A stretch of DNA of 64,000 nt, taken from Antedon mediterranea. Taxonomy: Eukaryota; Animalia; Echinodermata. Position 1 is the stretch's first letter, and the number at the start of each line of letters is the position of its first letter. The DNA is taken from assembly GCF_964355755.1 (NCBI RefSeq), contig NC_092675.1, positions 17,394,912-17,458,911 on the forward strand, given 5' to 3'. Positions 14,401 through 26,900 of the stretch are shown here, piece by piece. The notes under the pieces are model-generated. The model was not told the origin of the DNA, searched no databases, and saw only the letters and a program-made list of their open reading frames with translations. The translations under genes were made by a program, and so were the position numbers.

Positions 14401-17400
14401 CCACCCGCTGCAACCATGCGTGGCGGAAAGATTATTCGATATACTACAATACATTTCCTAATGACCGAGCCGTGGATAAGATACAGGTTTAAGTCCCGCA
14501 AAACCAGAGTTGTTTTTAAGAACCTGCTTCCCAATTCAGAATATGGTTTTCAAATATCTGCTCACACAATAATGGGCCAAGGTCCATTCAGTCGCACATC
14601 AGTTTTTAGAACAACGGCGGGTAAGTAGAAAATAAATTTAGTAAATGAACCATAATTTCCACATATGAAGGCATAGTTGTACTACATCGTTAAAAATTTT
14701 ATTTTATTTCATGTAAACAAATAATATTATAGGACGTGCATAGAGAACGGATAAGAGTACACTTGGAAGTTTACGGGTTGCAGGAATACCTTTGGCATGT
14801 ATGAATTGCGCATACTTTTCTCTTTCAATAATTGTTTAGGTCTCTCAAGTGGTCTCAATCCTGTCCAAAACACGACCTATAATCAGACAAACTCGGATAT
14901 AGATTCTGTTTCTCAAGGCTCTACAGAAGTATCAGTAGATTCACAGACACGACTGAATGTTACTAAATGGAATGTAATTACACACACAGAAGCAGCGTCA
15001 ACAGATATTCCGGACGAGATATCTACCACAGACACTATGGTGGAATCAATAACTAGTCAACAGAATATTGTCTCAGACAGCCAATCAGAAAGTAAACTAG
15101 TTTTTGAAGTGGAAGTTTATACTGAAACAAACTCACCAACGCCGTCTGGAGAGATCCTGAATGAACTGGATGAAGATATTACTGATGACGTCACTGAAAA
15201 GCAACAACCAGACGTTGTAGAACAACAAGACTCATTATTCAATAACAGTTTGGCAAGAATTATTGCATATCCAGTAAACGATCAAGCGTAAGTAGAAAAA
15301 TCTTTGTGTAACCATTGTTTAATGATGTAAAGATGTAATATCATATAGATGTTATGACTTTAACATATCTGAAATTATATGGAATAAGGATGTTTTACAA
15401 GTTATGCATCTAATAATTCCAAATTTCAACTTTTTGAATTCTTGTGATCTGTGTCAATGTAATTTTTGTTCTACTTGTTCTGATCATGTTCTTGATTTTG
15501 TTTATCAAACAGTATTTTGTGCAATAATGTTACAATGGGGCTTAATTATTGAATTCTGATCATAGTTCTTTAAGTATCAATTTCCCTATTTTAAATTATA
15601 ATAATTCTTTATCAACATGGGTGAAAACTCAAAGCGCTTTTGGTCTTGGGTGAATACAACAAGGAAATGTTCCAGCACCCCGTCTCTGTAATGCAATGAC
15701 AATGATAGCGCATATACAGCAAGTTCTGAGGCCACTATGTTAACAATTATTTTTATTCTTTATTTAGCCATTTAGCCAAGATGCTGCACTAGACCATCCA
15801 GAGTATACTGCGGATCAATTATCATTTATATCTTTTACTACAACTCTACAATTTGAAGGCAGAGAGTTCTTGTTGGGGGTCAATTGTCAAATTGGTTATT
15901 CTTTCAGGTGTTCCAAAGGGCTCGGTGTTGGGTCCTTTATTATTTAAAACTTTTATCAACGATTTTACCGCAATTTCTAAATTTTCCAAGTTTCTTTTAT
16001 TTGCGGATGATGTTAAACTATATCGTATTATTTCTTCTAACGATAATAAGGAGGATTTGGATGGTCAAGTGCAGTGGTCTAATTCATGGATATGAAACTC
16101 AATGCCTCTAAATATAAGTCAATGACTATTACTCTTAAATCAAATTTCGTTTAATCATCAAATTAATAATCAGAACATTGACAAAGTCCAATACCATAAG
16201 GATCTTGGAATATTCTTCATATTGACCACATTGTTAGTAAGAGTAATAGAATGGTTGGCTTCATTTGGAGGCACTGTAGGGGAATTAGCTACCACAAACC
16301 CCTTGTTTGCTAAAAACTTCTGTTATTTTTAATTTGATTTTTGATATTCATGCCACAAGGCTCCAACGTATTCAAGTTAAGTTTGTTTCTTTGTAAACGT
16401 TTCGATGTTGTTAATTTTCTTGAACCTCTTAAGTTTAGAAGAAGTGTGTCTGATTTAATGTTCCTTTACAAGAGTGTTAATTGTTTGTTTAGTTGTGACT
16501 GCTGTTCTTCTCGTAAAACTAGAGTCCACTTGTTATGTTCCTTTTAATAGAGTATGTATCGAAAAGGCGGTTTCAGACACGCTTGTCTTCTTTGTATAAC
16601 TATTTAAGTGAGTCCAATGTAAATGTTGATATTTTTTCAATTGTAATTCTTCATTCAAGACTCATTGTATTCTTTTTTTAAAAATAATTGTGCTCAATAG
16701 GCTAATTTTTACTACTTAACATCACATTTTGGAAAATTGTCTTCGTTGGAAAGATACCATAACACATTTACTGAGATTTATGTTGTATGTAAATTTAGTT
16801 AATATTACTAATTTAATAATCTAATCTAATACTGTTAAAAAACCACCTAATGCAATACAAACATATCATATCATTCTCTATTGAACGATAATTACTTTCT
16901 TTACCTATAATCTTCTTTTTAGTGAAACTGAGGCTGTTAATGGAAATGGTGGCGAATCATTTATCACTCTGGAGAGGAAGCTTGAAGATGTTACACAACC
17001 AGTTAAAGGTCGTGTAGTTTTTATTTGTCGTATAAAAGGAAGTCCTACGGTTAATTACAGTTGGTATCTCGATGATGAGCTTATCAAAGAAAGATCTGGT
17101 CGTGTCCGAGAGAAGATGATTCCACACCGCGGAATGCGTCTCACAATTCGTGATCTGACGCTGGTTGATCAGGGAAAATACACATGTCGTGGAGAAAACG
17201 GAGCTGGTAAAATAGAAACATCTGCTGTGCTAAACGTCAGGTTTGGTAAGTTATTTATTACGTTGTAATAAAATGCTCTCCCTGTTTTCCATGTATCAAC
17301 AATAAGATCACTTTCAAATGTAAATTAAAGAAACATCTACTTAGTAAACTTGAAGAACAAGATCCTGAGGAACATATATTCAATCACTGTAGTTTGTTTA

Positions 17401-20400
17401 TTTCTTGCATGCTTCTTCAAATTCCATCATAGTTTTTTTCTTTTAATATTTTAATCGGACCCCATGGTAACTAATCTTTTTTTAGGATTAATAAGGTTTG
17501 ATTTGAATCTATTAATCTTCATATGTTTCATGTGTGTGAAGTCGGATACTAATTTAATTATGAACTATGATTAGTTTAATCAATCTCATAAGAACCACTA
17601 TAGTTGTTGACAATATTTAGATTTTTAGACTTCTTGTACGTTACGTCTGTTGCGTTGCTTACTATAGGTCCAACAGGAATCGTGACTGACCTACAAGCAC
17701 TAGATGTTTCCAGTAACGAAGTAACAATCAAGTGGTTTCCTCCATTGCTTGATCTCAGTGATGGACCTCTCTTAAAATACATTGTTTACATACACACATT
17801 AAGTCTGCCGTCAGAAACATACAAGTTTGACACCAACGTTACTGAGCTCGTTTATAAGAACTTAGAGCCAAATACTGAGTATGTAATTAGAGTAAGAGCG
17901 GTAACATCAAAGGGGATTGGGCCGTACAGTTCGGTATCTATCAAGACTATAGAAGGTGGGTATGATTTTAACTCATCACTGAGCTCTTAATTTTTATTTC
18001 CCCCAAATTCTGCCAAAGGACTGGAACAACCCCAACACTACTGTAGAAGAAATAGACCTAAACATGAGGTTGTTAAAATACGAATGGAGCTAAATTACAC
18101 ATTTAGAACAAAAACTGGATAATATTGAGTATATTGCTTTGGTTGAAAATTTATAGTTTTTATTTTCCTGAAACGTCAAATTAAAATGTATTCTATAATT
18201 TATTCCAGAAGATACTCCTGTCGATGATACCACTGATAAAGACGACGATCAAACTACAGGAAAAAACATTCAAAATATTGTTACAAAAACTCCTAAGCAA
18301 CCAGGTATGAATGGAGAGGTAGAAAAAACAACATTGAAGCCGGAGATAACAACCGCAGAATCTAAAGTGCATGGAAGTGATAATGCTGATAAAGTGAGTG
18401 TAACTATTGATGAAACACCTGCTACATACTCTACTGAAAAACACGAAAACAACAACGGTTCAGATACGGAAGAAATGATACCAGAACCCGAGGAACATGC
18501 TAATGATGGGGAAGATCATTATGTTGTACCAACACCAGAAGATTTCCAAGAACCTGAACCAGACCGGACATCTACTTTACCAACAATCACCAAATTAGAA
18601 GATGAGACAAATAAACAAGATAATATTGAAAGTGTCAATTTTAAATCAGACTCAACAGAGATGAACGTCGAAGAAAAATTGAAAGCAAACACAAATACTA
18701 AAGACAGTTCAGAGGCGGTAAGCATTGAAGAAAAAACAGATAAAACAGATGGAATTGATACTTATAATGAAGAAAACCCTGAATTAAAGACTGAGACACC
18801 ATTTGATATTGAGCCAATTGAAGACGTCGGTGAAAATCAAGAAACTGTTAAGAGTACGACTGTTATACCTAATTACGACGGTAACGAAAATGAAGAAAAT
18901 GACGATGGTGCCATTGCCATTGTAACTGAAAGTATTGTTGTTAATGTCGATACCACAATGAAGAACGTTGAATTGGGTGAGGACATTGAAACAGCTACTG
19001 ATATCTCTGTAATGGAAGGTGATTCACAATCTCTCTCCGTTGATACAAACGGCGATAAGTTAACCGTTGATGAAACAGAAAATGTTATTATGATAACAGA
19101 TACATATATAGTAGATGCTGATGACGTCAACAACGAAGACATTGTGAATCCAATGGATGGAGGAGAGTAAGAGGAAATTTATCATTATTTTTAGTGTAAA
19201 CGTTTTTCATAGTCGACATTATATCAATATCATCAATAAATCATTGTCGATATATTTTTTTTACAGAGTTGCAGTTAATGAGGTACCACATTTGACCGTT
19301 GCAGCCCCATTACAACACCGAATAATTGATTATAATGGAAAGGCAACATTGAGATGTTTCGTCATAGGCTTTCCACTTCCTTCGTATGAATGGTACCACG
19401 AAGGGAAGAGGATACCAGTAGTAAGAGGTCGCATTAAGGATAGAACATTTGGATGGGGATCAAGGATTATTATTAAGAATATTACAGAGTCGGATAAAGG
19501 GCGTTATACATGCGTTGCCAAGAATGTAGCTGCAGAGAGAAGTCTAGAGGGCACTGTGTCTGTCAGAGGTGAAACATTTATTTAGAGTATATGAATTATA
19601 GATGAGGGCGTATCAATTTGATCTCTGGTGCGCGTGCGTACAACTGAGGACCAGTTGTGTTCCAACCGTACCACGCCGAGAATGTTAAAGGGTCGTTATC
19701 CGATCGAGTTAAAGAACAATACCATGAAAGCCCAAGTGGTCTAATGGTTAGGGCAACTGCATATCAAGCAGACGGTCCGAGTTCGAGTCTCGGTTGGGGC
19801 GACTTTTTCTCATTCTCCCAGATTTCCTCATCTTTATCGTTTCAAAAATTAATTAAATAATTTTCAGTGTATCACCGGGCGGTTTGGAATTTATTTCTAT
19901 GCCTGTTGTGTTTATATATATATAAAAGTATCTCTCGAGATCCCGCTTAGTGAATAAATATACTGAATTATAGATGAGGGCGTATCAATTTGATCTCTGG
20001 TGCGCGTGCGTACAACAGAGGACTAGTTGTGTTCCAACCGTACCACGCCGAGAATGTTAAAGGGTCGTTATCCGATCGAGTTAAAGAACAATACCATGAA
20101 AGCCCCAGTGGTCTAATGGTTAGGGCAACTGCATATCAAGCAGACGGTCCGAGTTCGAGTCTCGGTTGGGGCGACTTTTTCTCATTCTCACAGATTTCCT
20201 CATCTTTATCGTTTCAAAAATTAATTAAACAATTTTCAGTGTATCACCGGGCGGTTTGGAATTTATTTCTATGCCTGTTGTGTTTATATATATATATATA
20301 TATATATAAATCATACTGTAAATTATAGAAACAGTGCTCATATTCGGAACATGATCTCATAATCGCGTCGAGCATAGCTCATTGGCGAAAGTTCCGTATT

Positions 20401-20901
20401 TTTTAGTTGTATGAAAAAATGTCTCTGGCTGGATTCGAACCTGCAACCTCTCGCTTACAGGGCGAGTATCATACCACTAGACCACAGAGCCATGTATGGT
20501 ATTATCACAGATTTTCACCCACCAGATACATTCTCTCATACAACAAACGCCCTCACAATCAGTGGAGGCTTGACAAGTCAGAATAAATTCCAACTTTAAT
20601 TCGCAACGGTTTTTTAAATAATATTGTGTATATGTAAATCAATGATGTTGCGTAGCACTGTGTAAATTATATATAAATCATACTGTAAATTATAGAAACA
20701 GTGCTCATATTCGGAACATGATCTCATAATCGCGTCGAGCATAGCTCATTGGCGAAAGTTCCGTATTTTTTAGTTGTATGAAAAAATGTCTCTGGCTGGA
20801 TTCGAACCTGCAACCTCTCGCTTACAGGGCGAGTATCATACCACTAGACCACAGAGCCATGTATGGTATTATCACAGATTTTCACCCACAAAATGACAAT
20901 G

Positions 20902-20943
<42 letters not shown>

Positions 20944-23900
20944 CATTGTCATTTTTTTCAGTAATTTGCCTTTGGATTTATATATATATATATAAATTCC
21001 AAACCGCCCGGTGATACACTGAAAATTATTTAATTAATTTTTGAAACGATAAAGATGAGGAAATCTGTGAAAATGAGAAAAAGTCGCCCCAACCGAGACT
21101 GTGTACCTAGTGGAATACTGTTTCACGGCTTAAATACCAAACTTCTACTTAGCTAAATTGACAATTCTTTTATTGTTTTTTTTTTAAAATATATTTTCAG
21201 GAGTTGCAAAAATTGATGATATTCAGGTTATTATTAAGTCATCAACAGAGGCACTTGTAGTTTGGACAAAACCAAATTACATTGCATCTGGCGCAACATA
21301 CGTTGTCCGGTTTTATAATGAAGTTAATCGCGGATTAAAATATCATTTCTCCACAACCAGAACAGAGACTTACTACAGGCAACTATTGCCTAATTCAGCA
21401 TACACGTTCAGAGTGAAGATGCAAAGAGACGATAGATCGAGCGTGTTTAGCAAACCAATCATGGTGAAAACACCGCCGTTGGGTAAGTTTGATACCGTAA
21501 AGTAAATCATGAAATATCGTTTAACAAATGTAAACAATATTGTTTACTATTTATTTACTCTTTGGTGATCTTACAGAACCCACTACAATATCACCTAAGG
21601 ATTCTACGTCCTCGCCCAGTATTGATTCCACAACTTTATTTGTCAATGACAAAATAGTAGTTGGTGTTACCAATGCAGATACCGGAGAGGGGATTCAATT
21701 TACTACTGGAAGTCTGGAAGAATTTCAATTCAGTACGGCCACCAAAGATGAAAAAAGTCAGTCATTGCTAGTAACTACTGCTCCCGAATTCGTTCATGAA
21801 GACCTAGAACCATTGACAACTGCAGTTCCTGAACCAAAGGCAACTGCAGCTCCTGAACCAATGGTAACTGCAGCTCCAGAACCAATGGTAACTGATGATC
21901 CGGAACCAATGACAGCTGTATTTCCTGAACCAATGGCAACTGCAACTCATGGACAAGTGGTAACGGATGACCATGAACCAATGGCAACAGCAGCCCCTGA
22001 ACCAATGGCAACTAAAGTTCCTGACACAGTGGTAACTGATGATAACGAACCAATGGTAACTGCAGCTCGTGAACCAATATCAACTTCAGCTCCTAAACCA
22101 ATATCAACTGCAGTCCCAGAACCAGAAATGGAACTAATGGTAACGGATGAAAAATCCATTGCAAACGCATCTCCAGAACTAGTTATTGACGATACTGATT
22201 ACACTACCACTAATATCCCTAAAGGTACAGAAGAACCAGAAAAGGCAAATGCAATGGAGTCAACAACATCATCAATCATGATAACTGATACGAAAAACAG
22301 TCCACTGAATACTAATCCTCCAGAAGACACAACATCTACGGATCCGGTTGCAAGTCAAGTTGACGAAAATGAGGAATCTCAAACATCTGGGTACTAATTA
22401 TTTTGCTGATTTATTTAAAAGACTTTAATTATAATACCAATGTTTAGGTATAGAAAATATTCTTTATTTTACTATAAAATTATAAGAGTGGTGTTCTAAC
22501 TTGGGCAAAGTTTTTCTGTTAAATTATATAATATATATGTTTTATAATTACTATACATTCCAATCATGCCATCAGTTTCATTTTATCTAAGTATAATCGA
22601 AAACAAAAACATTTCTCATAGAATATTACACTGTACCCATATTACTATCAATATGTATACTATTTATTATAGACCGATCGCTAACGACGGCACGTATCTG
22701 CGGTTAATAAGACCTTTGCCAGACGTCATTGCATTTGTCGATGATCGCTTGAATCTACGATGCACCGTAGATGCTAACCCATCAGCTACATTACTGTGGC
22801 ACAAAGATGGAAATCCGTTGAACATAGGAGGTGACAAGATTAAGGAAAGAAAGTATTTAAAAGGGTCAATACTCACGTTTAAGGAAATTAAAATGTCGGA
22901 TGCAGGCAGATACACTTGCATTGCTCTCAACCATGGCAATGTTGTAGAAACATCTGGAAATATTACTGTTATTCCAAGTAAGTGCATTGTATTATGTAAT
23001 TATAATGTAACCTAACGTCTGGTGTTTTAGATCATTATATTGTGTTAGGAAGTGAGACGACGAGCTTCAAAGTTATTCGCGGAAAGGACAACAATTAGAA
23101 GTACCGTATATTGATAACTTATTATGTGGGTTGTCTGTACATTTTTCTGGTGTAATATATTAGCACATGTAATAATTGCTGCAAAAAAAAGAAAAAAGAA
23201 ATAGTTATCAATTCAAAACATTTCCATATTCTAAAACTTAGACATATTTTTTTGACGTTTTTAGAGGGTAGAATAACACAGAAGCCAGTCGTTGAAAACA
23301 GTCACACAGTAATGAAGCGATCAGTCAGGCCTGGAAGTAATAAGGATGTCGATCCATCATCATCGTACGCATCGTCATACACTACTCATCTGCCGTCATT
23401 AGTGGAGGAAGTGTTCATTACACCTGATGCAGAAACTCCAAAGGTTACAAGAGTATCGCAACATGATCCACAGATGCAGAAGCCTGATGGGAGTGTTGTG
23501 GTACGAGTTACTGGAATTGAACCAGAAGAGGTATTTCAAGACGCGAAAACTGACAGACTTGGGAATCTCAATGCTCGACCATCTCAAACATGGGATTCTA
23601 GTCGTAGGTGAGTCAACTTGCTTTCTTACCTCCGTTATGTAGTCGATTGTGTGTGTTTGTTTCGTTTATATTTGTTAGTTAGCAGAATTACTCAAAAAGG
23701 TATTGCTCGATTTTCATAAGATTTTAAAGGATGGTTTCATAGCTGTATGGGAACACATCATTCATTTTTCACATGCCTATGTGGAGGTTTGCCATTATCT
23801 GTACATTTCGATGGTAGAATAACTATTTTAATTATTATAGAATAGAAATAATAAAGTATACACATTTTTGATGACTTTGTTTTTGTATACAGTGGCGAGC

Positions 23901-26900
23901 CGTATGTAGAAATTAAAAAATACATGGAGGAACAGAGTGTTGAGGTTGGCGACAGGGTAGTGTTCCTTTGCCGAATCATTGGCGAACCTAAACCTAGGTT
24001 TTTGTGGTATAAAGATGGGGCACCATTAGTCTTTGATGATAGTCGAATGAAGGAGAGAGTTTTGGACACCGGGTCACGTTTTACCATCAAACAAGCGCTT
24101 TTGCGTGATGCAGGAATCTACACTTGTTATGGTCTTAACGATTATCAAACGGTGTCCATGCGAGCCACTCTAGAAGTCTTCAATCCATGTGAGTTAATAA
24201 ACTGTTGATAGTTTGTTCTTTTTGTTACTTGTATGTAGTTTATTACTAAATTCCTTGTAGAGGTGTATTATACGTTCTGTATCAAAGATACACTAGCAAG
24301 GGTTGCCCGACGACGATTTATAAGCAATTGATTTTTTTTTCAATTCAATTCAATTTATTTTCCACATACTATACAACTACTACAACCTAGTACATGGAGG
24401 ATGCATATTTTAAGATCTGTGCAGAACACATAGATCTTTAAGCTAATAAGCAACCTTAGACAATAATAATAATTACAATAAAAATAAAAGCATTGAATAA
24501 ATAAGTAAGTAAGTAAATAAATAAATAAATAAATAAGTAAGGCAGTATACAAAAAAAGAAATTATTCCATGTTTCATATAATTATATTGTATGATATATA
24601 ATAAATAATAAATAAGTAGAGTGGTATTTACTCACCATATATTTTCGTTTTTAGACGTAAATCCATACCAGCAGCCATCTACTACACCCACAAGAACAAA
24701 ACCGAATACTAAACCAAGAACAAAGCCACCGGCAAAAACAACACTTCCAATCACCTACAAACCAACCGACCCATTTACAACCCAAGTAACAAACTCGTAA
24801 GTTAATGACGTAATCAATCAAATGATAACATCTGTAATAAAATCAATGGTCATGTATAACAATGGCGATAACATGGACACACATAAAACCATGATTAATG
24901 ATGTTAACAATAATAATCGTCACATTTTTTTTATTAGTGAATAGACACCATCATCTTTGTAGGAAGTAATGATTATATATTAGATATTAGATTATGCTAT
25001 ATTACCTTCAAACGAGTAATTTCTCAATAATATTATATCTAATGTCTAAATTGTTTGTAAAAATTTAAATTACAGTTACACTAAGAAACATGATTGTATT
25101 GGAGAAATCTCAAAACTTTGCATGTCAAACGAGTTAGTTGGAAAGAAGGTTGATATAGATGATCGTATCTCGCTTCGGTGTCAAATATATGGAGATCCTC
25201 AACCTGAATATCGATGGTATAAAAACGGAATAAGAATTTACCCAACAAAACTTGGATTGATAAGAGAAAAGGCATTTCCTTGGGGTTCTCGCTTAGCTTT
25301 TAGAGGCGTGAGAGAGGCTGATACTGGTGAATATCGATGTCAGGCGATCAATGCAGCTGGTATTAAAGAAACAAAGGCTTGGCTGCTTGTCGGACCTTGT
25401 GAGTATTTCTTTTTCTGTTTATGTTTGTTATTAAAAGAGTACAACATTTACAACTTTCTATCCTGTTTGAATCTTTATTGGATCCGGTATAGGCCAACTC
25501 AGACAGCATCGTACGTCGAGGCCCGACCAATCGTTTTGACTCGTCCGCCGGTACTGTCTGAGATGATTCCGACGAGAGTCGAGAGTCGAGTCGTCTTGCG
25601 ATAGCGTCGAGCGTAGTTTTTAGACTCGTCGGGCCTCGTCGTACGACACTGTCTCTGAGTTGGCCTTAAGTTGTTTTGTTATTCAGACCGATTGTAAAGA
25701 CTAAATAATATATTTTTTCTATTTTAGATGCAACAATTCCTCCACAAATAGAAACAGAAGCACCAACCACAACTGTTGAAGCATACAGACCTACGACGAC
25801 CCAAACAAAACCCAAGCCTCCAAAGAAGACACCAAGGCCAACAGCCCCACGGCCACCAAAAAAGACAACACAACGCGTTGATCCTACAGATGTCTTCTTG
25901 CCAACAAGTACATCCAGACCAAGCGTCCAGTAAGCAGAATTGTTTGACGTTTTTTTCACAATATATATATAGCGTCGACGTTTACAAACTATGTCCCTTG
26001 GACTTTCTCTGCTCTTTTCATACATAGTAATTTGTATAGACAATTAGATTAAAATTATAATTTTATAGTACCGTAAAATATATACTGCTTCTGAAGATTT
26101 TGATCAGCTACTTAAGTCATTCTATATTTCCTATTTAGAAAATGCATTTCTGGTGACAACGGTGAATTATGTTATGCTAGCATGCCACATCAAGTCGGAG
26201 TAACTGGTGGATCCGTCGTTTTCCAATGCAGAATGAGCGGTACACCAGAACCTCAGTTTATCTGGTTCAAGAATGGAGTTCTTATTTTCATGGACGAGGA
26301 AGCTGGAGAAGATGATATGCAACGCATTCGTATTAAACAGATGTCGTGGGGGTCTCGTCTTGTTATCAAAGATATTGTACACGAAGATGCCGGTACATAC
26401 CTCTGCGTTGGCGCAGTTGTAGACATATCAGAAATTGTACAAGCTGAATTAAGTGTGGTAGAAGGTTCTCAATCCAGTAAGTCTTCCACATAGCATAGCA
26501 TAGACAACTGATACACTGTAGGCCTACATAATAACCTGTTTTTCTATTCTTAGAACCACCGCCAAAGAAAAAGCCTAACAAGAATAAGCCACCGAAAACT
26601 CCAAATACACCAAAGCCAAAGCCTCAACGGCCTAGAACACCAACAACGGGAGAAGACACTACTCCTCCCGTTTACAGACCTAGACCTGAAACTGGAAACA
26701 ATGGCGGGCAACCGGAAGGAAGGTATATCAATTCATTTCAACGTGCAGTCTCTTTGTCTTTCTCCGTTTACGTTAGTCTAACTATTTACTTCCACCAAAT
26801 AATAGCATCATAACTTGCCTAAAAATTAACGAAACAACTGTTTTCACAGCCCGGATGGTGGAAGATGTGTGGTATACACTGGCTCTGTGTGTCGTCGTTA

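Larger units (their letters stand above)
19590..20308 (+). repeat. Family A: ~372-bp tandem unit (about 2 copies) ending in (TA)n and carrying a tRNA-like gene
   Basis: 19590-19920 is nearly identical to 19963-20290. Further copies at 53640-54108 and, inverted and partial, at ~20994-21100. Confidence 0.92.
20308..20890 (-). repeat. Family B: ~367-bp tandem unit (about 1.6 copies) bounded by (TA)n, carrying a tRNA-like gene on the - strand
   Basis: 20308-20520 is identical to 20675-20887. Confidence 0.92.

Noticed and set aside
19590-20890. Hammerhead ribozyme / retrozyme in the ~370-bp tandem units
   Set aside because: The unit size fits non-LTR retrozymes, but I could not find a CTGANGA...GAAA core with pairing stems on either strand by eye. 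An Infernal search against Rfam hammerhead models would settle it.
19657-21014. Duplicated short ORFs ([10 protein letters not shown]..., MKKCLWLDSN...)
   Set aside because: They are read through the tRNA-like repeat units and show no coding signature.
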